Positions 10,209 to 20,251 of a DNA stretch of 64,000 bases are shown here, piece after piece (positions within the stretch are counted from its first letter, which is position 1; every line of letters starts with the position of its first letter). The stretch is from contig OY776562.1 of assembly GCA_963675785.1 (NCBI GenBank), positions 160,001 to 224,000 on the forward strand. The letters are read 5' to 3'. A program made the translations under genes and the position numbers. Under the pieces are notes generated by a model that saw nothing but the letters and a program-made list of their open reading frames with translations, had not been told where the DNA came from and did no database searches. This DNA comes from Anaerolineae bacterium (lineage in GTDB: Bacteria; Chloroflexota; Anaerolineae; UBA1429).

Positions 10209-11678
10209 TTGGCCAGAAAAGCAATTAGCACAAGCCTGCTCCTATTTGCCGTAGTAGGCCCGCTCTTGTACGGTCTCAGCTTTCTCTCGCTCGGCGTGGC
10301 GCTGATGCGTATTGAGACTCTCAGATTGATCGTAATGTTTCTGGTGGTATCCCTGTCGATTGGCGCGGGAGCTTTTCTTGCTGCTAGTCGAGGAACCGCC
10401 GTTTTTCTGCGGATTGCCGGGGCCATATCAGTTCTGGCGATGATGGCTTTATTGGGCTGGTCGTGGCGGGTATGGGCTACGGAATTCGACCAAGTTCTGG
10501 TGGATACGGCCATGGAGCCCATCGCCACGAATCAGGTGGGGATATTGTTTGCACCTTTGGATGATTCCGCAACGGCAACAGATGTGATCCGTCAGATCGA
10601 GGATACGGTCAATGTTGTCCTTTCCAAGAATGGATTGCGGTCTGAAGTCGGTTTTCGACGCGTGTATCCTATTTCAAGTTTTGAGCAGGCCGAGCGCTTG
10701 GCGACGGCGCTCAATGCGAATATTGTGGTTTGGCAACGCCAGGTATCTGGCGTGCCGATCATTCACGAGTGGCACATTAGCGTCATGGGTGCGGATGAGA
10801 CACTTGTTGATCCGGATGCAGAGTCTCTACTTTGTTTCCTCCTTACTCAGGGCGATATCGTCATTCAGACTTCTTCAGATGTCGAGAATGACTCTGACAT
10901 GTTGTTGGCTGTCAGCGAGGTTACTGCCGGTTTTGCAGCTTTGGCGGTGGGCGATCCAGTTTTAGCTGCCTCAGAATTCCATTATGCTTACGAGAGTGAG
11001 TTGCTGCCTGATTCTTCCAAAGAGGCTATTCAGGGCTATCGGGGTATAGCACTCTTGTCTGCTGATAGAATGGATCTGGCTGCTGAAGAGTTTGCTGCGT
11101 TGGATACCGCCTATGCTTGGACGGGCCAGGCTTGCATAAGCATGTTTGACCGCGATTGGAACGCCGCTCGGGATAACCTCGAGTGTGCAGTGGCCCGCGA
11201 TCCGTATTTCGCCCCGGCCTATTGTGGTCTGGGGATTGTCAGTGTCCGCCTATTAGATATTGATTCGGCATTGAATGCCTATGACGAGGCAATTGCCCTT
11301 GAACCAAATTGGGGCGTTCCTCATGCATTAAAAGCGATGGCGTATGAGCTTCTCGGCGATTCTGAGACCGCCGCCGCCGAATATCAGCTATGTGTACAGC
11401 TTGCCGGGCCTAATGGGGCGCTTCAGCGAGAAGCTGCCGAGTTCGGCACAATAGTGGTAGAGAATCCGCCTACAGCAGTACCTACTGCAACGCCCAAGCC
11501 CACAGCAACACCGACGCCATTCCCCACTTCAGGCGTTCATATTGTCGAATCCGGCGATACAGTGGCTGGTATTGCCGATGAATATGGTGTTACCATCGAT
11601 GACCTGGTTAGTGTGAACAATCTTGAAGATCCGAACTCTTTGAGCATAGGGGACATTCTGATCATTCCCGATTTCTAA
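10209..11678 (+). CDS. Membrane protein with TPR repeats, Thr/Pro linker and C-terminal LysM
   Basis: About 3 N-terminal TM helices; TPR-like AYCGLG...AIALEP; LysM HIVESGDTVAGIADEYGV...LSIGDILIIP; TTG start 10209 after GGAG. Confidence 0.82.
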   Translation: MARKAISTSLLLFAVVGPLLYGLSFLSLGVALMRIETLRLIVMFLVVSLSIGAGAFLAASRGTAVFLRIAGAISVLAMMALLGWSWRVWATEFDQVLVDTAMEPIATNQVGILFAPLDDSATATDVIRQIEDTVNVVLSKNGLRSEVGFRRVYPISSFEQAERLATALNANIVVWQRQVSGVPIIHEWHISVMGADETLVDPDAESLLCFLLTQGDIVIQTSSDVENDSDMLLAVSEVTAGFAALAVGDPVLAASEFHYAYESELLPDSSKEAIQGYRGIALLSADRMDLAAEEFAALDTAYAWTGQACISMFDRDWNAARDNLECAVARDPYFAPAYCGLGIVSVRLLDIDSALNAYDEAIALEPNWGVPHALKAMAYELLGDSETAAAEYQLCVQLAGPNGALQREAAEFGTIVVENPPTAVPTATPKPTATPTPFPTSGVHIVESGDTVAGIADEYGVTIDDLVSVNNLEDPNSLSIGDILIIPDF

Positions 11679-11759
11679 GGCTGCTGGGCTTTGCTTGGGG
11701 GATGGAGCGTTCGAGTGCTATAATATGCCAAACAATGAACAACCATCAGGAGGTGAGTG

Positions 11760-12521
11760 ATGTCTGGACACAGCAAGTGGTCCACCATCAAGCGCGCAAA
11801 GGGTGCCAATGACGCCAAGCGTGGTGCACTCTTTACAAAGTTAGCACGCGAGATCGTGATTGCTGCCAAAGAAGGCGGGGCGGATATTGAGTCGAACTTT
11901 CGGCTACGTCTGGTCATTGACAAAGCTCGTTCGGCAAATATGCCCAAGGATAACATTGAACGCGCGATCAAGCGTGGGGCGGGCCAGCTCGACGGCGAGG
12001 CCGAAATCCTCGAAATCATTTATGAGGGTTATGGTCCAGGTGGAATAGCCATGTTGGTTGAGGTGGCTACCGATAACAAAAATCGGGCAGTCTCCGAAGT
12101 GCGACATACCTTTTCGCGCTTTGGTGGAAACCTCGGCTCTGATGGCTGCGTTGCCTGGATGTTCTCTCGCAAGGGGCAACTGGTCATCGATCCAGGAGAC
12201 AGTGATCCCGAAGAGGTTGCCTTGGAGGCCATTGACGCAGGCGCCGAGGATTTTGAGATCATCGAGGGCGGTTTGGAAATAACCACCGATCTTGGCGATT
12301 TCAAGGCCGTTCAAGAGGCTATGGCTGCCGCAACGTATAATATCGAATCAGCCGAGCTTGTTTGGCTACCTCAAACCTATGCTGAGCTTGATGAAAAGGA
12401 TGCTCTGCGCGGTTTAAAGCTGGCTGAGGCGCTCGAAGACTTGGATGATGTACAGAGTGTCTATTCCAACGTCGATATTTCCGACGAATTGATGGCAAAG
12501 TACACCGGCGAAGCTGCCTAA
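11760..12521 (+). CDS. yebC: YebC/PmpR family protein
   Basis: MSGHSKWSTIKR, YEGYGPGG, TDNKNR, DDVQSVYSN; extended -10 TGcTATAAT at 11716-11724. Confidence 0.97.
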   Translation: MSGHSKWSTIKRAKGANDAKRGALFTKLAREIVIAAKEGGADIESNFRLRLVIDKARSANMPKDNIERAIKRGAGQLDGEAEILEIIYEGYGPGGIAMLVEVATDNKNRAVSEVRHTFSRFGGNLGSDGCVAWMFSRKGQLVIDPGDSDPEEVALEAIDAGAEDFEIIEGGLEITTDLGDFKAVQEAMAAATYNIESAELVWLPQTYAELDEKDALRGLKLAEALEDLDDVQSVYSNVDISDELMAKYTGEAA

Positions 12522-13015
12522 TGCTGGTATTGGGCATCGATCCTGGCATCGCAATTACGGGCTATGGCCTGGTGGCAAGCGATGGACAGGCACTCAAGCC
12601 GGTCGCTTTTGGCGTTTTGCGTACACCCGCACACACGCCAACGGCTGACCGGCTTATTATGCTGTATGATCAGCTTCAAGAGTTGATTGGTGAATTCAAC
12701 CCCGATGTGGCGGCTGTGGAACAATTATTTTTTTGGTCTAACGTGACAACAGCTATGAACGTAAGCGAGGCGCGAGGTGTTATCAAACTCGTGTTAGCAC
12801 AGCGGAGTTTGCCTAATTCGGAATACACCCCCATGCAAGTCAAACAGGCTGTTACTGGCTACGGCAAGGCAGACAAAGCTCAGGTGCAAAGCATGGTCAA
12901 AATGCTCTTGTGCCTGGAAGAGACCCCCCGTCCTGACGATGCTGCCGATGCTCTGGCCGTTGCTATTTGCCATATCTCCTTTGATCGTTTTGGTATAGCA
13001 AGGAGTAGTTCATGA
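12521..13015 (+). CDS. ruvC: Holliday junction resolvase RuvC
   Basis: LGIDPG, VAAVEQLFF, VKQAVTGYGKADK, DDAADALA. Confidence 0.97.
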   Translation: MLVLGIDPGIAITGYGLVASDGQALKPVAFGVLRTPAHTPTADRLIMLYDQLQELIGEFNPDVAAVEQLFFWSNVTTAMNVSEARGVIKLVLAQRSLPNSEYTPMQVKQAVTGYGKADKAQVQSMVKMLLCLEETPRPDDAADALAVAICHISFDRFGIARSSS

Positions 13016-13593
13016 TCTCTATGCTTACGGGGATTGTGATGGGAAGCGACGAAAATGCGCTTATTCTGGATGTTTCTGGCGTGGGTTTTGCCGTGAATGT
13101 GCCCGAACGGCTTGTGGGAGAGACCCGCATGGGCCATGAACTCAAGCTTTATACCCATATGGTAGTACGAGAAGGCGACATCTCTCTTTATGGGTTTGCT
13201 ATACGTGAAGAGTTGAGCATTTTTCGCCTTTTGATCGGGGTATCTGGTATTGGTCCCAGAACAGCTCTTGCGGCAATTTCTGCTTATGCACCAGAGACTC
13301 TTCGAACTGTTATCGCCAGCGGAGATGCCATTGCTTTAGCCAGAGTGCCGGGTATTGGCAAAAAGACGGCGCAGCGGCTGGTGCTGGACTTGGGGGATAA
13401 ACTGGGGGGCGTTGGCCTGGATATGGTCTCAAGTCTGAGTGGCATTGGCAATGCTGAAGTCATCTCTGCCCTAACTACACTGGGGTACAGCCTTGCTGAG
13501 GCGCGCGCCGCGGATGAAGCTGTGCCGACCGAGGTAACTGATTTAGATGAGCGTATTCTGCAGGCGTTGCGTTATATGGGGCAAGGGCTCTAG
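13012..13593 (+). CDS. ruvA: Holliday junction branch migration protein RuvA
   Basis: OB fold, HhH motifs VSGIGPRTA and VPGIGKKTAQR, ALTTLGY. Confidence 0.96.
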   Translation: MISMLTGIVMGSDENALILDVSGVGFAVNVPERLVGETRMGHELKLYTHMVVREGDISLYGFAIREELSIFRLLIGVSGIGPRTALAAISAYAPETLRTVIASGDAIALARVPGIGKKTAQRLVLDLGDKLGGVGLDMVSSLSGIGNAEVISALTTLGYSLAEARAADEAVPTEVTDLDERILQALRYMGQGL

Positions 13594-13603
13594 CCTCTGT
13601 CAG

Positions 13604-14902
13604 CTAGCTACCCGGATTTAGAAACTGTGCCAGTACAGCAAAAACGGGATCATACTGAAAGTAGGAATATTGGCCGCAGAACCATTGAATGGTCCCATCA
13701 TCCATGAGCACTTCGTAGGGATCGTATTGCCACAGCAAATAACCGTCGACACCGTTCGCTAAGGAACGCTCCAGATCCTCTTGTATGGCTGCTGCTCTTT
13801 CCTCAAAAACGCCATCATATAGTTTATGGCAGTTTTCGTTATACCCCAGGTAATAGATTTCTCCGATGAACACTGGCTTGTTTAGTTCTGCAGCCAGTTC
13901 CATCTCTGCGGTTTTATTCTCATCGGTGGCGTCTCGGTGAATGCTGACGATATCAATCGTATCCAACGCGTGCATACGGTCATAGTTTGTCTGTTCTGCC
14001 TCAGTCCACATGCGATGGTTTGTTCCCACCGAGATCAGATGGTTGGGATCCAGCTCTTTGATGAGCGAGGATACATCTTGTGCCCAGGCGTACATAAAGT
14101 CGGCACAATCCTGACTTCCATTTTCTGGACCGCATCCGGGTTCGTTCATGAGCTCCCAGGCGAGGATTTCAGGCCTATCTTTGAAACGACTGACGGTTTC
14201 GATGACGTGGGGGATGTCTTCTGTGAGATATTCCTCTGCAAACCACATTTGAGATTTATAATAGTAATAGTCCTGCAGCGTTACGATGAAGCGAATCCCC
14301 AGCTCTCCGCCAATATCCAAGACTTTCTCAAGGCGATCGAGATCGTGCCCCGGCTTGAAGAATAAACGGATTGCATTTACACCGCCTGTTTCTGCGAGAT
14401 AGGTCAATATGGGCTCTATTTGATTCTCTGGGAAGTAGGTTTCGGTAAGATAGGTTGCGTTCACACCGATGAAAATATAGGGTTGGCCATCGACATAGAG
14501 ATTTTGATCGACAGCATACACAAAGGATTGCTTCGTCGCTGCCTGAATAATCAAATCTGATTCGCTCAGTGTGGGCGTAGGTGTAGCCATGGCCGTTGAA
14601 CTGGGAGTAGGCAGGTTGGGAAGCAAATCAGCGCCGTCTGCTATTTGCGGCAGGTTGACGGCGTAGGTACTTTCTGGCGTAAGGGTTTCTGTTGCTGTAG
14701 CCGATAGGGTGGGTGTAGATGTATCAGCCTGAGCAACTGTTGTTCGAGGGGCTGTTGGTGTTCCGGTTACTTCTATTGTGGGCGTCGTATTTACAGGAAT
14801 GCCTGTGTCCACGAACAACGAGCTTCCAGCAGAGACGACCAGAATCAGAGCTGAGGTCAGCAGGGATATTATCCATCGTTTACGCGAGCGAGTTTTATTC
14901 AT
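13604..14902 (-). CDS. Secreted GH5-like glycoside hydrolase (cellulase/mannanase family)
   Basis: Signal/TM helix, TP linker, AWELMNEP (acid/base), KPVFIGE (nucleophile), GYLLWQ. Confidence 0.85.
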   Translation of the reverse strand: MNKTRSRKRWIISLLTSALILVVSAGSSLFVDTGIPVNTTPTIEVTGTPTAPRTTVAQADTSTPTLSATATETLTPESTYAVNLPQIADGADLLPNLPTPSSTAMATPTPTLSESDLIIQAATKQSFVYAVDQNLYVDGQPYIFIGVNATYLTETYFPENQIEPILTYLAETGGVNAIRLFFKPGHDLDRLEKVLDIGGELGIRFIVTLQDYYYYKSQMWFAEEYLTEDIPHVIETVSRFKDRPEILAWELMNEPGCGPENGSQDCADFMYAWAQDVSSLIKELDPNHLISVGTNHRMWTEAEQTNYDRMHALDTIDIVSIHRDATDENKTAEMELAAELNKPVFIGEIYYLGYNENCHKLYDGVFEERAAAIQEDLERSLANGVDGYLLWQYDPYEVLMDDGTIQWFCGQYSYFQYDPVFAVLAQFLNPGS

Positions 14903-14936
14903 ACTACTTGAACGCGGTTAATGCACGCAGGTTCCA

Positions 14937-16223
14937 TCATAGACTGGTTGCCGTAAGTTGATCCAAAAGCCAGCCAAGTGGCGAAGAGACCAATACAGGT
15001 ACAAAACCCAGCACAAAAATAGCGGCCGCCATAATGCCTGCAATGATCATCTCTGGTTCGCGCTTGACTGCATGGGTAGATTCCGTAGTTAGAATCCATC
15101 CGAGTGCGGCAATAAAGGGAACCACACTGCTGACGAGTACAAGAACTGCAAGTGCCGGCGATGTTGTTGCGATATTCCTGCTGATGAGCAACTGGGATGC
15201 AAAACCGGCAGTACCCGGAAGGCCGCAAAGAGAGGCAATCATAATGCCAAAAAGGCCGAGCCGCCATCTGGCAATGGGCTCTTGGGTGCGAAATACAACG
15301 AGTGCGGCTCCGCTCAAGGCAATGGCATGAAATATACTCTGGGCTATTGCGGCAACAAGAGCTTGTCCTGGCTCCTGAGCTATTGCGGCAATGATCATGC
15401 CAGTATCTGCCAGAGCAGCCCCATAGAGTATCCAACCCGGATTTTTCCGTACGAATGACACAATAGCCCCGCCCACGCAGCCAGCGACACCAACAAGAGT
15501 TAGTACCAATTGTGCGGTTGTGCTCAAAGTTAGTGACGCATCAATCTTCCATGACGCAAACAGTGCTATCGCCGCCAAAGGGATGATACCGCCCAACATG
15601 GTCAGTTGGAAAGGGTTTGCTCTTCTAATGATAGGCGCTAGCCAGGCCTGAAAGGGTACTGCACCGAGAAGAAGCAAAAGGGTGACATTCATGATGACAG
15701 CTGCATTTTGCGCGGTAAGCAGAACGCCACTGGTGCTTCCCCTATCGACAGCCTGTGCAGACAGAATCAGTGTGACCAGCGACAGGATAGCTATGGGGAG
15801 AATTCTTTTACGAGACAAAGTTTCATCCTCAGATGGAACAAGCACCGTAATGATGAGTGCGGCGCCGAACAAGAGGCTGGCAATGACCACATTTCTCATG
15901 ATGAGTGCCGAGATTAACAATGCCAGATCAATCCCAATCACCCCTAACTTTTGGGGCGAGCCATCCTTATTCAGGCTGGAATACCATGCCACCATGCTCA
16001 GCAAACCGGTACTAACGCAGATGATCAGTGCTGTCAGTGGGGTTGTCCCAATGGTGCGCCCCATCACCACAAAAGCTCTGGAATCACCGATGATGAGCTG
16101 TGAGATGCATACCGCTGAAAGGAGGACAGCAAAAACAAGTGATGCCAAACGCTTTTTGGTAGCACACACATCCGTTAATACGGCTGCAAGCGCAATCGCG
16201 ACTGGGATGAGCAGTTGGATCAT
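14937..16223 (-). CDS. Divergent proton-antiporter-like membrane subunit (NuoN/MrpD/HyfF fold)
   Basis: About 12-14 TM helices; GAVPFQAWL resembles G..PFH.WL and SLCGLPGTAGF resembles SL.G.PP..GF. Confidence 0.7.
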   Translation of the reverse strand: MIQLLIPVAIALAAVLTDVCATKKRLASLVFAVLLSAVCISQLIIGDSRAFVVMGRTIGTTPLTALIICVSTGLLSMVAWYSSLNKDGSPQKLGVIGIDLALLISALIMRNVVIASLLFGAALIITVLVPSEDETLSRKRILPIAILSLVTLILSAQAVDRGSTSGVLLTAQNAAVIMNVTLLLLLGAVPFQAWLAPIIRRANPFQLTMLGGIIPLAAIALFASWKIDASLTLSTTAQLVLTLVGVAGCVGGAIVSFVRKNPGWILYGAALADTGMIIAAIAQEPGQALVAAIAQSIFHAIALSGAALVVFRTQEPIARWRLGLFGIMIASLCGLPGTAGFASQLLISRNIATTSPALAVLVLVSSVVPFIAALGWILTTESTHAVKREPEMIIAGIMAAAIFVLGFVPVLVSSPLGWLLDQLTATSL

Positions 16224-16837
16224 TCGTCTACCCCAGGTGACTGGAGGGAAAGTGTTGCTGCTACATAGCCTGCCAGAATCATAATCAGGCTTGCAAGAGC
16301 AACGACGAGCAGGCTGGTTTCAATATGCAGATATAGGCCGAAGGCTCCGTTGAGAAAGGAAATTGCTCCTAACGCATACAGGCTTCGTCTCCGTTGCAAC
16401 AGCAGCACCAAACCAATGACGATCAACCAATAAAACGCCAGATTTGCGGCAGCCGGAATACCGTCAATGGGCATCAAAGTCCAGACACCATAGCTAATCA
16501 TAGCGGCAAGCAAGAGGGTAAAGCCATCAAAAAACAGTCCCATGCTCCGATTTTGGGAGTCGATTTCTGTTGAGGAGGCATTTTGGGGCATGGCCGTGCC
16601 TGATACGGCGAACAAACCGGCCACGCACAGCCCTACAATGACCCAGGCAGGCGCAAGAAGGACGTAGACAGCTTTGCCCAATAGCATACCGATCAGTACG
16701 TATTGAAGTAAAAGAGGAATCAGAACCCAGCGGCTGGATTCAAACACGTAAAACAATAGCACAGAAACAGCAAGTATTCCTGCCAGAGTTGCGGCTGAGA
16801 ACGCCGCCAATATGTTAGAGATGAGCTCGATAAACAA
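16220..16837 (-). CDS. Membrane protein, HyfE/NuoK-like (divergent)
   Basis: About 7 TM helices; ALGAISFLNG resembles HyfE G....ENG; TTG start 16837 with AGGAG; stop overlaps next start. Confidence 0.5.
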   Translation of the reverse strand: MFIELISNILAAFSAATLAGILAVSVLLFYVFESSRWVLIPLLLQYVLIGMLLGKAVYVLLAPAWVIVGLCVAGLFAVSGTAMPQNASSTEIDSQNRSMGLFFDGFTLLLAAMISYGVWTLMPIDGIPAAANLAFYWLIVIGLVLLLQRRRSLYALGAISFLNGAFGLYLHIETSLLVVALASLIMILAGYVAATLSLQSPGVDE

Positions 16838-16839
16838 TC

Positions 16840-18414
16840 TTAGCTCCTGCTTAATAGCAAGCTGATAATGGCAAACCCAACCAATATCCATGGCATAAAC
16901 CATTCGCCTTCAAGTGCCTGTTCTACCTGAACAAGCCCGTTGCCGATACCTCGCATTATTTTTGTGCTTGTAGTTTGCAAGGTATCCATCCTAAGGCCGT
17001 CTTCACGGTAGATGAGGGGCATTTTCCTTGATTGTGCCAACCGATATATCCCCAGTCCGGCACCAATTGTGGCTATCCACAACACATAGATGGGCCAACT
17101 AGATAGCGGCGGATACTCTGGCAAACCAAAGGACAGGACAAGGCGAGAGCCAATCCACGAAAGTGTTCTGGGTAGCAGGCCAAGCCCCATAAAGATTGTG
17201 GGAACGATGGCGTATGCAATCATTACAGGTATTGCGGTTTCGTTCCGCTCTTCTTTTGGGCGCTCAAAAAGCCGTTGCCATATGCTAGCAATCATCATAC
17301 TGGTTGCCAAGAAGAGCAATACGACGGCCCCCCATTCCCCAGCTACGTACAGATTATATAAAAAAGCTAGAGAAGCTAATCCAGAAAGTGCTCCAGGAAG
17401 GCCGCTAAGGCAGTATCCAGTAGCAAGTCGGATGGCCCGTGCAAGGCCTTGGCCAGATAACCGCAAAGGCGCGCATATGATGACAGAGATTGCCAGAACG
17501 GCAGTAACGTACAGCGCCATTGAAACCTGCGGTTGAGCAGATTGTATACCGAACCCACTGGCTACGAGGAGAAAAATCCAGTAATCACTCATGTGTTGGA
17601 GTTGTTTTTCTGTTTTGCGAAAATACAGCCAGGCGGAACCCAATGCCCCTACTAGGCTTATGGTTAGCAGCCAAGTCTCCAGAGGGAATTCGCCCGTTGC
17701 AAGGCGCACCAATCTTAGCCACAAAAGACCCCCACAGACAAGCGATAACAAGGAAAGCACCTGATTATTGAGTGACGTCTTGGCTCGTAATTGTGCTTGC
17801 GATAGAATGGTGATACTGGCAAGCGCAAGGGCAACCATCCCTCCGCCCGCAACTCTCTGGAAACTGAGCACCGAAGTTTCATTGTTGGCGCGCAAGAGAA
17901 CATCGGCGACGATCAAAGCTGTGATGGCAGTAAGGTCGGTTATCATCGTTTTCAGGCGTTCTCGTTTGTCGAGTTCTGGTGTTTGTCTCAGCAGGGCGTA
18001 GAACATGATTGCCACGGTTGCTGCTGTTAGGTTGCCTGCAAGAGCCAAGAGCACCGTGATCAGCAGACCTCCTGAAATAACCAGAGCATCCGATTGATCA
18101 ATCATTAGCCAACGTGTTGCGAGGATGACCGACATGCCAACACAAAAGAGGGCGATGCTCGAAAAACCAGGATAGGCATAGAGGAGAAAAAGGGTACTGC
18201 CAGTCCCCATAGATTTGCCCCAAGGGGAAAGCGTGGCCAATTCTGATCCAAAGAAACTTCCGACTATACTTATGGCCAGCTCTAGAACGAGCATCACCAA
18301 TAGAGTAATGCTCCTAATTCTTGAGTCTGCCTTACCTTTTATTGCAATAAGCAGCGCAGCAAGAGTTGGTATGGCAAGTAGGGTTATCATGGGAATGAGA
18401 CTTGACAATTGCAT
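16840..18414 (-). CDS. Highly divergent antiporter-like polytopic membrane protein (NuoL/MrpA/HyfB-like)
   Basis: Many TM helices; residual LSGLPGALSG motif; first gene of a tightly coupled trio. Confidence 0.5.
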   Translation of the reverse strand: MQLSSLIPMITLLAIPTLAALLIAIKGKADSRIRSITLLVMLVLELAISIVGSFFGSELATLSPWGKSMGTGSTLFLLYAYPGFSSIALFCVGMSVILATRWLMIDQSDALVISGGLLITVLLALAGNLTAATVAIMFYALLRQTPELDKRERLKTMITDLTAITALIVADVLLRANNETSVLSFQRVAGGGMVALALASITILSQAQLRAKTSLNNQVLSLLSLVCGGLLWLRLVRLATGEFPLETWLLTISLVGALGSAWLYFRKTEKQLQHMSDYWIFLLVASGFGIQSAQPQVSMALYVTAVLAISVIICAPLRLSGQGLARAIRLATGYCLSGLPGALSGLASLAFLYNLYVAGEWGAVVLLFLATSMMIASIWQRLFERPKEERNETAIPVMIAYAIVPTIFMGLGLLPRTLSWIGSRLVLSFGLPEYPPLSSWPIYVLWIATIGAGLGIYRLAQSRKMPLIYREDGLRMDTLQTTSTKIMRGIGNGLVQVEQALEGEWFMPWILVGFAIISLLLSRS

Positions 18415-18773
18415 TGAACCTCAGGGCTAAATACCCCAATTATCCATGTGTTCAGTCGATTGTAGCATCGGCCAGTGTATCTGGCAAAGCATTTGCCCAA
18501 TAAAGGGCATAAAAACAACGATTTGGGAACAGTTCGTACTGTAAAAGTCGATCTCGCTCATTGGTGGGGAATGTGTCGCTGTGATTTATGGTGACACTAT
18601 CTTTTAATCGAGCGCGTAGAACCCTGAGTGTGCGCACATCTATTATTTGCCCATCCCATTGAAAGAACTTTATTACAAGTAATTCAGTTTTTTATAGTTG
18701 GCACATTTTGAAACTAGCTGCTCATGGGATATGATGCTCGAGATTCCAGAATTATTCGGAGGACATAGATAGT

Positions 18774-20177
18774 ATGCTAGAACGTTCTAGCGTAAGGTAT
18801 GTCATCACGTTGCACATACTCGATGTGGTACTCACATTGATTGCCCTGCCTTTGGCTAGGGCATTGCGTCTAGCTGTTCCTCTAGGGCGTCCCATCGAGG
18901 TAGTTGGTTCATCGCTGCCCTGGCCCATCTTTGTGCTGGCGGCGTTAACCTGGATGGTGGTGTTAAGCAGCAGTCATCTGTACGAGCCGGCACGCCTTGA
19001 GAAACCTTCTGTAGAATTTCAATCGCTAGTAGCTGGTACGGCTGTGGCTATGTTGGTATTCGCAGGTCTGCTGTATTTCAGTTATCGCGGTCTATCACGA
19101 TTGCTGTACGTCTATTTTTACCTCGTCGATGTGGCTTTATGCGGCGGCGCGCGGCTTGTTCTCCGACATCTGATGGATTCTCATCGGAATGGCCTAGTTC
19201 GTGTTGTCATTGCTGGGGCTGGAGAAACCGGACAGCAAGTCGCCCGAGCACTTGTGGCCAAAGCATGGATGGGGTTGGAGGTTACGGGTTTTTTAGATGA
19301 CCGACTGTATCCGGGAGAGGCCTTGGGTTTGCCCATATTGGGGACTTTGGATGATGCTTCCGAGATCATGAAAAGTCATGGTATCCAAGAGCTTGTGGTG
19401 GCTTTGCCCATGACAGCGCACCACCGACTTTCAGAGCTTGTTGAATCTTTGAGCGACCTTGGTGTGAATATCAAGGCAGTGCCAGATTATTCTGATGTGG
19501 TGTTTTTGCGCACCACAGTCGAGGATTTGGGCGGATTGTTCCTTATTGGTCTCAGAGAGCCGGTCCTACAGCCAGTAGACCGCATTGTTAAGCGGATGTT
19601 CGATATCATTGTGTCGATTCTGGGTCTCCTCATTCTTTCCCCCCTTTTTCTCGCTCTGGCTTTGGCCGTCAAGCTAACTTCTCCAGGCCCTGTCCTTTAC
19701 AAGAGTATGCGCGTTGGTGAAGGCGGGGAGATTTTTGATATGCTCAAATTTCGTACGATGGTGCAGGGAGCAGACAAGTATGAAGAGGAGTTGGTCACAG
19801 AGGACGATCAGGGCCGGCTTCTTTTTGAGAAGCGAGCTGATGACCCACGCATTACTAGCGTGGGGAGATTCTTGAGACGGTTCAGTCTTGACGAGTTGCC
19901 GCAATTGTGGAACGTGTTCATTGGGCAGATGAGCCTGGTGGGGCCACGTCCTGAGCTTCCTTCGCTTGTGGCGCATTACGAATCGTGGCAGCGCAAGCGC
20001 TTTGCTGTTCCTCAAGGCATTACGGGGTGGTGGCAGGTTTCTGGCCGATCCGATAAACCCAAGTATCTGCACGTGGAAGACGATCTCTACTACATCCGTA
20101 ACTATTCGCTATGGCTCGATGTGCAGATTATCTTGCGGACGTTTGGCGCCGTGCTGAAACGGGATGGCGCCTATTAG
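18774..20177 (+). CDS. Polyprenyl-phosphate hexose-1-phosphate transferase (WcaJ/CpsE-type priming glycosyltransferase)
   Basis: N-terminal TMs, CoA-binding-like domain, KRMFDI, KFRTM, DPRIT, LDELPQL, MSLVGPRPE, GITGWWQV. Confidence 0.93.
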   Translation: MLERSSVRYVITLHILDVVLTLIALPLARALRLAVPLGRPIEVVGSSLPWPIFVLAALTWMVVLSSSHLYEPARLEKPSVEFQSLVAGTAVAMLVFAGLLYFSYRGLSRLLYVYFYLVDVALCGGARLVLRHLMDSHRNGLVRVVIAGAGETGQQVARALVAKAWMGLEVTGFLDDRLYPGEALGLPILGTLDDASEIMKSHGIQELVVALPMTAHHRLSELVESLSDLGVNIKAVPDYSDVVFLRTTVEDLGGLFLIGLREPVLQPVDRIVKRMFDIIVSILGLLILSPLFLALALAVKLTSPGPVLYKSMRVGEGGEIFDMLKFRTMVQGADKYEEELVTEDDQGRLLFEKRADDPRITSVGRFLRRFSLDELPQLWNVFIGQMSLVGPRPELPSLVAHYESWQRKRFAVPQGITGWWQVSGRSDKPKYLHVEDDLYYIRNYSLWLDVQIILRTFGAVLKRDGAY

Positions 20178-20204
20178 TGTCTTTCATTCCCATGCCAATC
20201 TTGC

Positions 20205-20234
20205 TACGCCCGCATTACGCGGGCGTATGTTTTT
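20205..20234 (+). terminator. Rho-independent terminator
   Basis: TACGCCCGC-attac-GCGGGCGTA followed by TGTTTTT. Confidence 0.75.
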
Positions 20235-20251
20235 GTGGGATGAATAACTGA

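Noticed and set aside
11760-13593. ruvB missing after ruvC-ruvA
   Set aside because: ruvB is often encoded elsewhere; absence cannot be judged from one window
18415-18773. AT-rich intergenic region as replication origin or ncRNA
   Set aside because: Only one poor DnaA-box-like word (TTATCCATG) and no clear structure; explained by divergent promoters
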